Positions 12,050 through 27,658 of a DNA stretch of 64,000 nt are shown here, one piece after another. The notes beneath the pieces are model-generated. The model had not been told where the DNA came from. It saw only the letters and a program-made list of their open reading frames with translations, and did no database searches. The position numbers and the translations under genes are program-made. Position 1 is the stretch's first letter, and each line of letters begins with the position of its first letter. The stretch is from Setoptus koraiensis. Its lineage: Eukaryota; Animalia; Arthropoda. The stretch spans positions 1,116,001-1,180,000 of the forward strand of contig CM106585.1 in assembly GCA_048013815.1 (NCBI GenBank), written 5' to 3'.

Positions 12050-13725
12050 GCCACGACGATGACGAGACTAACAACAACGTGCCAAACATGTGAGCGAGAT
12101 GCGACAAACAAACAACAATTGCCTATTGGACAGACACGGCGCCTATATCACAATATAATCATATATTATATTGTATTATATATACCGTATAATGCCGTGA
12201 TTAACAAGCCCATAGCTGTACGACGAAACGTATATAGCTAGGTTGCTATGAGCTTCGGCATCACTCGATCAGCTGTTTGGGCATGTTTACCAATGGTGTA
12301 TGTATAATACAGCATGTGTATTGTGTTGCGCAATTATTGTATTGGTGGTGGCTGCGACAATTGTTGCAACGAGCACGAGCATTGTTGAGTCTTGTTTGTT
12401 GTGAGGCAAGTGCACTGTTTATTGTCAACTTCAATTGAGCTTCACGCCAGCAAACAACCAACGCGACTTGACGAAGCGAGATGAGCCCACAAAGTTGTTA
12501 GCTGACAAGTGAGTGAGTCCACAAATTGCCACAAATAGACAGCGCGACAGATAGAGATGGGCGCCACATGATTATTCATGAGGCCACTTGATTAGTTAGA
12601 CACAACGTAGCAGTGGCAGCATCACGAGCTTATGTATCTGTATGTATCGTGTTATTATTATTAGGTACCATCCAGCCAACTATTACGTAAGCGTGTAACG
12701 TAATAGCAGGCTAGCTGTTGCGCGTCGATTTGGCACAGCTTGTGCCACTAACTTGTGTACAGTACTTGTCTAGCCAGCCTTATGCTTAGGCTTTCTGTGT
12801 ATCGCTATGTGTGCTTCAAACGCGCAAACATTTCTAATCGGCGAGCTCTTATTCTATAATTATTATATAATATATAAACTGCTGAATATTATTAACAAGT
12901 CAGGCTAAATATAAGCTAGTAAAGCTAAATGTTAAGGCGACTCACACACAGCCGGCAGCACAGTGCAGCGACATGTTGTGAGTACTTGCTGGCTGCGTTA
13001 CCATCAGCGAGGCCTGCACCTATTTAGTGTGACTCTCGACAACAAGCCACGTTGTTGGGCCCCGCCGTCCGGCCCGTCGCCATTTGTGGGCCGCTAGTTG
13101 TCGCTAGGGGGCCGCGAATAGCGACTAGAGACAGCGCGACGAAGGGCCACAACGAGCCACGACGAGCCACGACGGGCCACGACGAGCACATAGGGGCGCC
13201 CATGGGCGCTGCAAACAAACAACTGCAGCTATTACATAATAATGCCATTACACAATAATGCCAATGCATGCATGGTGCAGCTGCAGCAGTTGTAAAGCTG
13301 CCGAAATTTTTATTGTCGCCATCGTGCGTTGAGTGTGTGCAAGCAACGACGAGCAACAACGAGCAACAACGAGCAACAGCACAAAAAGCGTTGAGAAGCC
13401 ACCAACCAAGACTAACGTTTACGTAATGCACGCTGGTGCACACTGGCATGGGCATCAGTGCAGCTCTCGCAGCAACAGCGCACCTCGGCAACACTGCACC
13501 TCGTGTTTAAAAGTCACCGAAGTCGCCACACAGAGCATGCTCGTGATCTAGATAGCTGCAGCTCATTACTGTGTGTCTCTTAATGATGCTGCCCCCTTGT
13601 TTTTCGTCAGCATGTTGCGTATGTATGCCATATATCACACACCAAAGATGGTATTGCACGTTGGAAAAGAGCAACAAATGTGCCCGCAACGCAGCCAGCC
13701 AGCCAGCCAGCCAAATAAGCATGCC

Positions 13726-13778
<53 letters not shown>

Positions 13779-14427
13779 GTGTGTGTTGGATCGCTCAATA
13801 AGACGAGCCGGAGCAAGTAGCGAGCTCTAGCGACTGTTGTGTCAAAAAGTCGCTACTGACAAAGCCAGTTGATTACGTTCGCTTCGTTGGTGTGTCAGCC
13901 GGCGCTGCCTTCGAATTTCGATTAATTCTCTCAGTTGAGCTTGCGTTGCGTTGTGTGTTGATTCATTCATGTTCATTGAGTTACACGCAGGCCGCCATTA
14001 GCTGGTGGTGGCGACAACAACGACAACAACGCCACCAACGACAACAACGCCAACAACGACGCCGGCATAACTCGCGCAACCACTCCATATATGGGCCACA
14101 TATGTGACTGTCTCATATTGACTCATGCAACATGCCCAGCATACACTAGATAATAGTGTCGCCACGCCGCCACCACCAAAACAACAACAGCAACTACTAG
14201 ATAATAAACACAATATAATGCAATAGCAAATGGCAATAGCAAATGGTGAATTGTAAATGTAAACGGAGGAGCTATGCTTGTTGTTTGTCACCGGCTCACA
14301 CTGTCTTGTCGCAACAGCGAGTCGTGATTGCGCAACTGGCTGCTCCAATTCGGCAATTCGCAACACTGGCCAGCTATTATGTATCGCACTACCATACATC
14401 GTTTGCATACACATCTGACACATCTCG

Positions 14428-14502
14428 TCAGATATATCAGATATAGTCAGATGTATCAGATATAGTCAGATGTATCAGATATAGTCACATGTATCAGATA
14501 TA
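14428..14502. repeat. 19-bp minisatellite (TCAGATATAGTCAGATGTA, ~4 units)
   Basis: Direct tandem copies. Confidence 0.85.
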
Positions 14503-15799
14503 TAGACGAGTGTGTGCACTGGCCAACATGAGCAAAGTGCATTTGCTCATCATCCGCTTGCTAGACACAACAACACCAATGGTCGTCATCGCTCATTTAC
14601 TTAATCAGCTGTTTGTGCGGCCACAACGTGCAATCCGCTAATGATAACGACGAGCCCAAGGTCACATTGGCTTCGATTGGCCACTGGTCACTCGTGTATT
14701 TATATTATCTGCATGCACATGTGCGTTTGTGTGCGTTTGTGTGTGCTTGTGTGTGTTTGTGTGTGTTTGTGTGTGTGACGCAACGATAAAACACACACAC
14801 GCACACACTCATTGGCTCAGGCAGACAGACAGACGGACAGTCGCGACTCGCGAATCGCGATGAAACAGACGCAACGGGGATATCGATGCACTTGTTCTAT
14901 CCGCAGCATGTCGCCCATTTGAACATGGCGCCGGCTCAAGGTTACGGGCACGCGCAACTGCTATATCTGCTTTTATCTTCATTTTATATTATATATTGAA
15001 TGTTGTAGATACATCGTTGATGGCTGCATGTGTGCACTTGTTGCTGTCTGTCGGAATAAAGTCACTGTGCACTGGCAGCTATACAAGCCAGTATCGGCAA
15101 TTGCAATTTAGTTTTTGAGATTGGAGCTCGTGCAGCGACTCTCGCACGGCCTGACCACTCACAATTTGACCACGACGCACTCTCGCACTGCCCTCTGCCG
15201 GGTGTCGCCCATTTCTCGTTTGAGTGGGTCAGCGAGGACCACCTAGCACTTGCACGCTGTTCGGTGTTCGATGTTCGGGCCAGCCAATTCGAGACTCTTT
15301 GTCAGCTTGCATCACAAGCGTGCCCAAACAAACTCCGCTGGCTCGCAAATTGATTGCGGCGCGAATTGGCAAATAGCAGCCGACTGGCGACTGGCGACCG
15401 GCAAAGAAGCGACTTGAGGGCAGACGCAACCAGCAGACGCAACCAACAGACGCAACCAGCAGACGCAACCAACGGACGCAACCAACGGACGAGGCACGGG
15501 CGTTCGTTTGCGCCTTCTGTGGCCGTGCGTCGACTCGCTATTGGTGCGAGCAGTTGGGCGACAAAACCCGCCACTCGCAACGGCCGCTCGCAACGACGCG
15601 CACGGGCAACGTGCGCGCAACCATTCCCATGATTATGATTGAAGAGAGAGAGAGCGAGAGTGGTCAAACATTGCACAACTTGCGCACTTTAACAGCGTGA
15701 GAGCACTTGTTGCAACTGCGCGCACCACCGATGATGCAATTGGCGGCCGCCCGTCCGTTCGCCCGTTTGTTCGTTTGTCCGGCCGTCGGTTGTTGCATT

Positions 15800-15838
<39 letters not shown>

Positions 15839-17383
15839 GCATTATAAGCGAGTACGTGCAGCGTGTTTGGCAACGGAGCGATATTCTAGTTGCGAGTGCG
15901 TTCTCAGGGCCGAGCAAGAACGCGGCCTGTGCTGACCAGCGTGCTGCCAGACAGACCTTGAACCAGAGCCGGCCACTGCTAACGGTGCAGGCGTTGTTGC
16001 ACAAGAGCGCACCAGATACCAGACGAGATATAGGATGGCAGCTCACGGCTTATAACTGAGAGTTGATTGCTGAGAGCCGCCAACCGAGAGCCGACAGATA
16101 GAATTTCCTCTGGACGCCACACTCTGGCGTCCACTCGTTTCCAACTGGCCCTGCACCGTGATGCACCGTGCTGCACCGTGTTGCACCGTGCGCAAATTGC
16201 ACGTGCTCGCATGTGCAAGTGGCGTGTGTTGGCCGTAGGTTGCAGGTTGCAAGTTGCAGTTTGCAAGTTGCGAGGCCACAACAGGCACCAGAACGGCGTG
16301 TCATGCGACGCGGCCACAAGGAACCGTATGGACAGATAATGGCATAGAGTGCCATTGGCACAACAAAGAGAACAGACAAGCGAGCAAAAGAATGTCCATT
16401 TCTATTTATATCCCGATGTGGCAACGTTTTGGCATTGGGCCCATTGGCGCAACAGCATAATGGCATAATCACACACCGGGCACCATTGGCATTGTTGGTG
16501 CACAGTGTGGCCAGCACTTGTTGTGGCCACTTGTTGCGCTTGCTGGCCAGTGGCCGCTCGTAATAAGCGGCGCCAACTGGCCAGCGACACTCACTTTCTC
16601 TTGCAACACGTTGCACGCTCATGAGCAGCAACTTGCAACGGCCAACTGTCGCTTGCGTGTAATTGAATGCCGTCGGTGTGTGTGTGTCGCTGTCACTGTG
16701 ATTGTCGGACGCTTATTGTCGGAGTAACTAGAATCCAGTTGATGTTTCAGCAACACTCAAACAAGCGCCTGCAGCACGTGCACTTGGCCGCAATCACTGA
16801 TGCGCGCATCCCCTCTCTGTCACTATGTGACGGCCGTTAGATGCTCGTGCAAAAGTGCGTGCCAACCATGAGGCGTCGTGCGTTTCCTTTGTTTGCCGTT
16901 GCCAGCGACTTGGTAACGACAGCAGCCACTTGTTGCCCGCTCGTCGCCTGCTCGTCGCAACCAACTGCACCGCCAACAAACTGCCTGAAATAGCTGCCAT
17001 AATGACGACGGGCACAGGTCATTTATTTATCCTCTGCTTCTTTTATGGCCCAGTCCTCGTGTCCAGTTTGCCTGCACTGTGCCACTCATGCCACTGTGCT
17101 GCTCACAATGAGTGCACGTGCACACAATGGTCAGTATATATCATCATCATATGTCATCTGTATAAAATAAATGTTCACTGTGCTGCCAGCTTGTCGCGCG
17201 ATACGCACTTCCTGTGCCTTTGGTGTGTCGCTAGTTGCATCACTTGCTAATTTGCCACTTGTAATATCACCATTATTATTGTCGCTCATTGTTATTCTGT
17301 GCCACGCACAGACTAATAATGAGCAGCTAGTAGTTAATTATTGCTTTGTCGTCATTAAGTGTGTCCATTTTCTCTCATCACTG

Positions 17384-17386
<3 letters not shown>

Positions 17387-17442
<56 letters not shown>
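17387..17442. repeat. (CA)28 microsatellite
   Basis: Perfect CA run; one of about a dozen long CA/TG tracts between 6 and 29 kb. Confidence 0.95.
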
Positions 17443-17443
<1 letters not shown>

Positions 17444-19852
17444 TTGCATTGGCCAACTGCAAGTTGTCAGTCACTGTTGGCAAATCATTCAAGTTTCTCT
17501 TTGTCGGTGCACACCAGTCATCCATATGACTCGCTGTGCATCATGTGAGCTGTGCACGAGCAATTACGTGGCGCTGCAAGTTGCGAGCAATCGGAGCACT
17601 TGCGATGGAAGTTGCGAGCGTTGGCTACTTGCACAACTTGCTCCAATGGCGCATAACAGCGCATAGAAGCGCATGACAGAGAGAACAAAGACATGGCTCG
17701 ATTGTTGGCCTAAGCGCCGACCAAGCCATTGGGCCGAATTGCTACGAATTGGCAGTGGCCACTCCCCGCGCGAGTGAGTTATTTGCTGCCGGTTACATCG
17801 CGCCCGCAACGGGCAAATGGGCCAAAAAAGCGGACTCTTTTTCGGTTTGTATGGCTCGCAAGGCCAGAGAAGTGGCCAGAGAAATTCCTTGCACAGGAGG
17901 TGGCGATGTGCCCGTAAATATGCTTTGTGCCAGCGGATATTTTGCCAGTAACAGGCACTCTAATGAGAGCCACTCATCGGCCAGCAACAGTAATGATACG
18001 TTGATGAACCATAACACATGTGTCTTATAACGCGCTGTACGCATCACAACACGCTAGTTGTGTCGGCTAGTTGTGTCGGCTAGTTGTGTCGGCTAGTTGT
18101 GTTGGGCCTCGCAAGCGCCCTCTATCAGCCAACGTGGTGGCAGTGCGTGGGCGACAACGTGCTGCCGACAGTGTGCCCAATGGACGCAGCTCGGACGCCA
18201 GCACCAACGGGCGCCACTTGAACCAAAGCGGCCAACCGAGCCAACCAAGCAAGCGCTCGTTGCCAGTTGAGCCGGCCTGGCCTGAGCCATTATTTGCCGG
18301 CCAGTATCTAATGGTTGATAACTATTATGTAACCATAATAAACAATCCCATAGTTGACTTGTGCGGAGCAGTTGCATAATAGCAACAACTGCCAGCGCCA
18401 ACGCCGAGCCAAGGGAGAGTGCCGGGTCGAAGGAGTCATTGAACTCGGTGTGGCGTGGTTGCGCGAACTAGACTCTCTTGTCGGCCGGGCCGGCTCAACA
18501 CTGAATAGCTCGCTTGCACCGCGCCAACCTGCCTCTCTTCTATAATGCAACGTTTACTGAGAATGCAGCCACAGAATACAGCCTGAGAATAGAGCGAGCC
18601 AAAACGAGCCGCCACTTAGTTGCAGCATTGGCGTTGCGCAACAACGAGGCACGTCATTGTCGGCTATGCATCGAATTGGCACGATGCAGCCATGCCAGTT
18701 TGAGCCAGCATGAGCCAATTCGAGTTTTGCCAGTTTGTGCCGGATGGCAGCAACATTGTGCCCAGTCTGCAATGCTGCGCCACGTTCACAGTGTGTTGAC
18801 ACTGGCGAGCGAGCTGTCGGATTGTCGCCGACAATTCAACAACACGCCGGCCATCAACGGTGATGCGGCCACACACACACACGATGGGCACTCACGAGCC
18901 AACTCTGTCGCTTTGTGTCTCATTCTGTTCTGTTCTGGCAACATTGCTGACATTATGCTCGGCTGCATTATGGTCAGCTGTTGCGGGCACGGTCACTAGT
19001 TAATGGTGGACGCGAATATTCACCGGCAACCGGCAACCAGCAAGCGGCAACCCGCAACGAGTTGCAACTCGCAGCAGTGAGATAATAGCCAGGGGATGGT
19101 CAGTTGCGAGCGGCCAGTTGGCTGTTGCTGCAAGTGCGGCCACGAACTTGCAACGAACAACCAACACAAGATGAGAGAGATAAGGCAAAGAATGCAGCCC
19201 ACTGTTACGCTGCAACAACCTGTTGCAGCCAGCAGCGCATTACGTAATAATAATAATGGTGGCCAGCGTGTATTATTAGTGTAATGCACTCAGCTCGTAT
19301 GGTTGCCAGCTCGCAGTGGCGGCTCGCAGGGGCGACTCGCAGTGGCAGCTCGTTCCTGTAGCTGGCCATTACGTAATCCTTGGGCTGTGCTGCGGCTACG
19401 CTGCGACGGTCAGACGCTATTGATTGGCAGTCATCGGGCCATAAGCGTGAGCAGGCGCCGCAAGAGAGAGAGAGAGTTCATGTGAGTGCACGCCTTTGGC
19501 CGCGGTCATGGTCACGGCCGGCGTGGTCAGCGGCACCGAGCAACGAACAGACACCAACGCAACGAGAAATGAGCCAGCCATAACCTATAACTGGCGTCGT
19601 TGTAGTTGCAAAACTTGCAAATATTGTTACGTAACAGCAATTGCGAGCCAAGTGTTGTCGTTGTTGTTGTTGTTGTTGTTGTTGCTGTTGCACGGGCTTG
19701 CATCGGGCAGAATCACTGCGGTGCCAACCAACTATGGCCAACTCACTGCACTGCGACCATCAATTGTATGATGTCGTGTGTATAAACTCGTAAAGCAAGT
19801 CTGTTCACGTTGCCACAAAGTCTGTGCCTCTGTTTGTTTGCTCGCTGGTTGT

Positions 19853-19945
19853 TTGCTGGTTATTGTGCTGGTTATTGTGCTGGTTACTGTGCTGGTTACT
19901 GTGCTGGTTTTCGTGCTGGTTTTGTGCTGGTTATTGTGCTGGTTG
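19853..19945. repeat. 12-bp minisatellite (GTGCTGGTTATT, ~8 units)
   Basis: Direct tandem copies with small variations. Confidence 0.85.
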
Positions 19946-22623
19946 GCAGCAAAATAAGAATAAATAATTGTATTGAGATTAGTATTTTATTGTCCATTAT
20001 TGACCAAACACAGCTGAGTGCGGCGCAAGGGCGCTGCTCGTACAGGTGCCCTTGCGCGTGCGTACGAGTTTTGCGCAGTTCCATTCAAATCACAGAATGT
20101 AGAATCCTGGCGAACAGACGCAAATTGGCCGGTCAAGCAAACTGTTTGCTCGGCTTGACCAGCCAACAACAAACAGCGACACCAAGTTAAACTTTTGTGA
20201 GCACACAGAAGAAATAACAAGTTTGGTCACTGTCAAGTTCGAGGTCATACAGTCATTAGGCGGTCGCGCGTTGTTGCGCAAGTGCGAGCCGGCCGACGTT
20301 TATAGTGCGAGTGCGAGGGCGAGTGAGAGAACGAGCCGCAAGCGAGCACGAGAAGTTGCAAGGACGAGCCCAAGCAACGATAAACGAGCGACGCCACCAA
20401 GATGGGAAAGAAGCACAAAACGAATCACACACACATGCGTTCGCAGCAAGTTCCTGTTGCGCAACATGCTCATCATGATGATGATCCCAGCGACGGCCCT
20501 TTGTGCCTGTTGGTACAAACTCGTAATGTTGGCTTGTGTTGCCTGCGTGTTGCTTGTGTCGCTGTTGTTGTTGTCGCTGTTGTTGTTGCTGCTGCTGCTG
20601 TTGTTGTTGTTGTTGTTGCTGCTGTTGCTGTTGCTGTTGAGTTGGTCACTTGGGCCAACTCTCGGCCCTCGCTTCTCGGCTCTCAACTCTCGACTCTCGG
20701 CTCTCGGCTCGTCCAGCACACACGCACACGCGCTCGAAGCGTTCTTTTATTGGCGGTCGGCAGCTCGCAGTCCGCAGTTGGCCGTTGCGCAATGGCATTG
20801 GTGTTACGCAACAGAAGGCACATTTGCGAGGGCGAGGCCGAGGCCGGGCACAAGGGACACACACACACACACACACAGAGCGTTAGAGAGACGCGCAGAG
20901 GCAACAAGAGACAAGCAACAAGAGAGAACGATTGTTACGTAACGTAGGCCCGGGTTTACAGTAAATACAACGAGCGCAGTTGCTGCCGGCGATCGGGGTC
21001 GTGATGAGTGCGCCGAACAAAGGCAACAACGCGGCCACGAACGCAGCTAAGAGCCGAACTCTTCTGTGCTGCAACTCGCAAAACTTGAGCGTCTGTTCTC
21101 TCTCTCTCTCTCTCTCTCTCTTCGACTTCTCTCACTCGCCACACTCGTTGTTTCTATGCACTTGTCCGGTCTGCGCGCACACACACACGCACGCACACAA
21201 CATGGAGCGTACATATAGAAAGGCGCTGGCAGCAAGGTGAGCGCTGGCCACAGAGAACAGGTTGTTGTGCGTGGTTGCAATGGCCGTCGTGGCAATTGGT
21301 GGCAGCGCGACGACACACCAGCCAAACGAGTTCTTTGTCTGTCGCTCGTTTCATGCCACCGGCATTCCTATCTCCGTCGGGCCGCTTCTCTCATGATGCG
21401 CCATTCGCAACGAAGCCTTTCCCAACAACCAGCTGTGCTCTCCCAACCAACACACACACACACACACACACACACACCACGAGCTCTTCCTCTGGCAACT
21501 CTCTGTGAGCTGCCACGTTGCTCATTTCACACACACACACGCACACACACGCACAGAGACACGCACGCAGCATGAGAAGAGCGCTTTTGAGTGGCTCGAC
21601 TCTTGAGTTACGCAACAAGCATGTGCAAGCCATCTGTAAAGTGCAGTGCACAAGACGCGCCGGTCAGTGTATAATTATAAATAGACGTGCCATATAGGTG
21701 AGAGCCATACGCACACTTGAGACACTCGGTCCCATTTATGTGTTTGTGTTGTCCATTGTGGGCTCTTTCTGTGCCGACTCGACCCAAAATCAATCGACGA
21801 GCGAGCTCGTTTGCGCATGCCAGCGACAAGTGCACGACTCACAAGTCAGCACTCATGTGTCGCACGGCACGCAACAACAACGACAGCAACAACAACAACA
21901 ACAACGAGTGGCAACATTGTTGTTGTTTGGCACGTTGCACCAACCAATTGTCACATAAATAAGCGGCACGCGAACTGACCAGGGGCCTCCGCTCATCTGT
22001 GCGCCCCCTTGCGCACGCGCCTGAGCCACTGTCTGTGCGCCTCGTTGGGCTTCTTTGGCCGGTTGCCGAGCAAGTGTCTTCGTGGGGCGCTCATTGATAA
22101 TAAATACGTCAAGTGCGCACAAATCAATGGAATGCTCACTGGAATGGTGTTGTTATTAACACCGACAACACCTATTAAATAATGAGAATTCTTTCGCTCT
22201 GTCTGTTGTCTGTTGCTTGTTTATTGTCTTTTGTTGGCGCAGCAATTACTGTCGTATTAAGTTGGCATGACAACCATATGAGAGGGGGCCCTAAAGCAGT
22301 CAAGTCGGCACACAATCAAGTCGGCACACAGTCAAGTCGGCACACAGTCAAACAGTCAGCGAGTTGTTAATTGATATTAGAGAGCCATAATTGACACTTG
22401 ATTGCGTCATGGGGGCCTCTGTTGTGTTGAGTGTGCGCGAATTCTTTATTGTTATACGCAGACATAATGTGAGCAAAGTGAAATGTGAGAAGGGCACGTC
22501 GAAAGAGAAGCACGCGCTCGCGGCAGCCAACAAGTTGCCGGCAAGAATGCGTTCGATGTGTCGATATTATAACATTCGATGTAGTTGCACTGATGGTAGT
22601 AGGCCAACGGCAGTTGCACAATA

Positions 22624-22625
<2 letters not shown>

Positions 22626-22683
<58 letters not shown>
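22626..22683. repeat. (CA)29 microsatellite
   Basis: Perfect CA run. Confidence 0.95.
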
Positions 22684-22686
<3 letters not shown>

Positions 22687-24246
22687 GTTGCACTTTTTAC
22701 AAGCACAAGTGTACATGTAAAAAGTAATAGTATGTATAAGTATTTTTTCTTTTTTTTCTTGGTTGGCCCGCTCGCTTCTTTGCTTGTCTCGATTTCCTCG
22801 GCTTGCTTCGATCGTTCGAAGTTCGAACGGAGCCACAAAGAACGAGCAAAGAACGTTCTTTACAATGATGCATTCGATCAAAGCGAATCGCCGCCAGCCT
22901 TGGCCTTGCTCAAAAGGCCACATCGGGCGGCACGTCGCTTTGCGAGTCGCCGCTTCTCTCTCTCTCTTTCTCTGGCCGCTTCTTTGCATCCAACTGACCG
23001 GCCCGACTGGCGCAACTATGCAAACTGGCCTATCCATTGATCGTTCGGATCCGTTCGGGTTTGTTCGGTTCAAGTTTTTGTTCGGGTCCGGCCGGCCGGC
23101 CGGCGCACAGACAACCCGTAACGCAGTTGCTGTGCCGGCATGGCCCCGATACTTTTCTGCTGGCTTTGGCCAGTTTGATTTGCGTCCATTCCAAAGCAAC
23201 GGGCACCGGCTCCGATTTGCAGCCAACAAAACAAGCATGTCCATTACATAACGCTACTTTATTACATAACGCAGAGCGGAGAGGCGAACCAGTTGCAATT
23301 TGCAAGTTGCAACCAATTGAGCGCCACTTGTTGCGCACAAAACACGGCGCAGCGCGAAAAGAAAACACTGTGTGCCTAATTGACTTTGCAATAGTTACAT
23401 AATCAACTAATTGGCCTGTTCCAATGCACACTAGCCACATAGATGCGCACACATTGGTGAATAATGCACAGTTGATACTGTCGACATACCTGTATATTAT
23501 AGCTTCAACCATAGTATTGGCTATAGTGCACGTTGTGTCGAGTTGCCAGTTCAGTTGGTTGGCTCACAATTTGTGCCTAATTAGAGTATAAATAAGCGCA
23601 CTTTGTATGGCCGATTTGTGCTCACATTAGGCGATGACGCAACCACATCAAACAGGCACCACACATACGATAGAAACATAGAGAGAAAATACTGCAACTA
23701 TTATCGCCATCTACTCATGGTCGGCACCGCTTTGCCGGCCCGGCTCAACCATCAGTATGCAGCGTGTGATCTCACCTGTCGAACGAGTGCAGTTGCGGGC
23801 ACGAACGAACGAGCAAACGAGCAAACGCATGAGCGAAGGGTTTCGCCGGCCATCACGTGAGCTGGCGATCGTGAGGCATCTATCGGACACTAGCGCCAAC
23901 TAAACATGCTGCAGTAGAATGATGCAATCTGGCAAGCGAGCCAATTGTCAGTTCAATGTTGACCAGTGTTGACCAGCAACAGATATGCTTGTGCGAGTGA
24001 GTCAGCTGATTCGGTGTGTGCGCCCGTTGCATGGTGCAATTGACAAACGGGCTCCACTAATGGGTGACTCATAATGTTGGTCTTGGTGAATAATTGGACG
24101 CGTTATTATCGGTGCGACAGGTTGGGATGAGTTGTGTGAGCGTATAGTATGTATAGAGTGTGTATATACACTCTTATACAGCTTATCTCACGACCTGCTG
24201 ATGTATCCATTTTTAACCACTGGCCGCCATTAGCCGCTTTGGCAAG

Positions 24247-24306
24247 GCGAGCCGGCCAAAAGCGAGCCGGCCAAAAGCGAACCGGCCAAAAGCGAGCCGG
24301 CCAAAA
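24247..24306. repeat. 15-bp minisatellite (GCGAGCCGGCCAAAA x4)
   Basis: Direct tandem copies. Confidence 0.9.
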
Positions 24307-25911
24307 TGATGCGAGACTAGGCGAGATAGGGCTCACAGGACACAAAGATAGATGGCTGGATGTCATGGCGGCGTCAGTAAGTGATTTGTTGTTGTGATAA
24401 TTTGGTCGTCATGTGAGCCGGTCTGTCGTTCCGACTGGCGCTCGTTAATCAACCTAATCAACCAGGCGTGCTTCTTCTTCTTGTTGCTGTTGCTGTTGTC
24501 GCTGTTGCAATCATCGTTTTAGCTCACAATGTTGCGCAATTTGTTTGCCTTTTGGTCGTTGCCACTTGTCTCCTCTGGTGCGCTCTTGTCTCGGCTCGTC
24601 TCGTCTCGCCTCGTTTAAACAGCTCGATTACCTGTTGCTGCCCGCTGCTGCAGCCGGTGCAACAGCGACAGGTGAGCCAGTCGGGTCATTATTAATGCGC
24701 GAGTTGTCGCAAACTAATCTCATTTAGCCAGTCTGTCCGGTGCGCACTCTCAGACGCTGGCTCGTCTCAATCGGCTCGCTCGGGCTGCTCGGTCGGACAT
24801 TCGCCGCTAACATACTGGCTGGCCAACTTGGCTGCCACTTCACCCTTGCCACTCGATGCCTTGTTGCCATTTGCACTGATACTATCACAAATGACAACTT
24901 ATAGCATCTCGCCAGGTGAGTCGCGTGCTTTACAATGTTGACTTTACAGAATTAGTGGCTGTTGCAAAGTTCATTACATTCATCGCGTCTATCCATAGCG
25001 CACAGACATAAATAATTGAACTTGTATACGGTATATATAAAATAAAATAAAATAGTGATTTTGTGCAATGATGATGATGGGCACTTTTTGGTGGCAGCGC
25101 CATCTGTGGAGCGGGCGCCGCGAACCAGAAGTGAGGGTGAAAAGGTTGGGACAAAGCGAGTTGCGAGCCAGTTGCGTACGAGAGTAAAAATAGGTTGCAA
25201 ACTGCAACTTACATAACTACACAAACAACAATAACTATCAACAGGTGATAGCTCTTTTTTGCTGGCTGTGTCGTTGTGCGAATTACCAGGTTGCCATAGG
25301 TTGAATGGAGTTGGTAGTCGCGCAAACCAACTAGAGCGGCACGAAATGAGCGAGCCAGCGACCGAACGCGCCACAGAGCGGCTAATGAACAGGCCGCAGA
25401 CACACAACAAGTGGAACGGCGAATGGAACGAGGCGACATAAACCAACACAACAATGGGCAAGGCCTGTTCTATTTTGAATGATTCCCATTGCGATGTGCG
25501 CTGTGAGATTCTAACGAGCGCCTTCGATTCGACGGCTCGCCAGGCCGGCAACGATTCGGCAATTCGGCGGTAACTTGCAGCGTTCCGAAGCGTGGCGATA
25601 AGAGCGCCAGCTTACGTTAGAATTTATCCCGACGGCACTGCTGTTGTGCCGACGCACAACCAGACAGACGGGCATTCTTTTGTGTTGCCTCAGTCAGTAT
25701 TGCATGTATTACATTATCGCATCTTGCGATGCTGCCACCATGCGATTTATGCCAAGTTGGGGTGAGGTTGCGCTTGTCGCTTATCGCTTATCGCGGGGCT
25801 CGTCCATCAGTTGCGTCAGCGTCGTCGTCGGTTGTTACGAGCCAGCGACGATCAATTCTTGCACTTGTCTGGCAATTCTTCACTTCTCTCGCCACTGACG
25901 CCACTGCTGCC

Positions 25912-26040
25912 ACCACCACCACCGACAACACCGACAACGCCGACAACGCCGACAACGCCGACAACACCGACAACACCGACAACAACAACGACAACAACAA
26001 CGACAACAACAGCAGCAATAGCAGCAGCAACAGCAACAGC

Positions 26041-26080
<40 letters not shown>
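25912..26080. repeat. Compound 9-mer (CRCCGACAA) and (AAC/AGC)n repeat
   Basis: Tandem 9-bp units grading into an AAC tract. Confidence 0.85.
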
Positions 26081-26889
26081 GCCTTGGATATAGCGAGCCA
26101 GCGGACGACAATTCACGCCTGATTGGATATCGAGTTCGCGCCCATTGTGTGCTCAAGTTGCTGGTAGCTCACTAGCACTGGCCAGGCGAGCTTGCCAGCA
26201 GCCTGTTGTGGTGCGCCTGGCGAGCTTACCGAGTGGCCATCTTGTTGTTTGGCTGCCTGTTGCCCGGATCGCCGCTTCGCGTCGAGAGTCGAGCGTCGAG
26301 CCGGCGGCAAGTTGCAGTTCGGTGGCGATGGCGCGCAAATTGTCGGCCGATGGAAATCGCCGATCGGGTTGAAGCGGTCGCAATGCGATAGCGAACGCAC
26401 AGTCGTGGTCGTCGCGCACAACCATTATCAACTGCACGCTCACGGCGCAGTCAGCAACCAGCAGCGACCTCTCCGGCGAGACTGGCAACACTGGCAAGAC
26501 CGACAGCAGTGGCGAGACTGGCGCGCCGAGCAACGGTAATGCGACAAAGCGAACACAATGCGATTAAAGAGAGAGAGAGACTGACAAGTGTTTGCTTTGT
26601 TTGCCACTTGACATTCTTCTCATGGTGGCTTGCGTCTGTCAGCTGACGATGACAACACGACGACAAGCGGCTCCCATTGAGCGGCTACCATTGAGAATTA
26701 ATGCAGTGCGAGCGGCCAAAATAGCGGCGCCGACATTGCAGCGACAACCACGACACAAACAGCGACGACACACACGGCCGCAGCAGCAAAGAATAGAAGC
26801 CAACAGAAGAAGAGTTGCGTCATACATTCTTTGGGCTTCTTTGGAGCGTTCGCTGGGCCTGCACAAATTTAGTGCAGCCAGCCAGCATC

Positions 26890-26928
<39 letters not shown>

Positions 26929-27583
26929 ATAGCGGTAATAAATAAATAAAGGATGCTGACGAGTAGTGGCCAGTGGAGCAAACAGTGTGTGTGTGCAATA
27001 ACGTTATTGTTGGCAAGACACACACTTCACATAGCGACACTGGCGTCGTGTTCGGCCTGGCGAGATTGGCGAGCTTGCCAACCTGAGAGCGGCTGTTTGG
27101 TGATTGGTTGTTGGTGGTTGGTTGGTGAACAACAATGGACGACAACGAGCGCAAACAAGCTCGTTCAACGCTCCTGTCTGGACAGCGCCACTGGAGCACT
27201 GACAAGCGACACACTGGTTGTCGTTGTCGCTTTTTTGTTGCTGTCACTCTGGTCGAGGGTGCCCAAACACACGCACACACACACACTCACAGTTAATCAC
27301 TCACTGGCATCGCATATGGCAAGGCGCTTCTCTCGGCTTCTCTGAGCTTCGCTCGGCTTCTCTGAGCTTCGCTCGGCTTCTCTGAGCCCGTCTCGGCTCC
27401 GTTCAGCTTCTCTTGGGCTGACACACACACACACACAAAGAACGTTCTAACAAGTTGCTGGCCGGCGGCAGGCAAGTGCCGTTGTCAGGCTGCATCACAT
27501 GTATTTGTGTGGCGCGTTGTGTCGTGTTTGTGTGCTCTTTTTGCTCCGTTCGTTTGTGTCGTGTCTGTCCGTCTATTCTGTCT

Positions 27584-27585
<2 letters not shown>

Positions 27586-27657
<72 letters not shown>
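27586..27657. repeat. (CA)36 microsatellite
   Basis: Perfect CA run. Confidence 0.95.
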
Positions 27658-27658
<1 letters not shown>
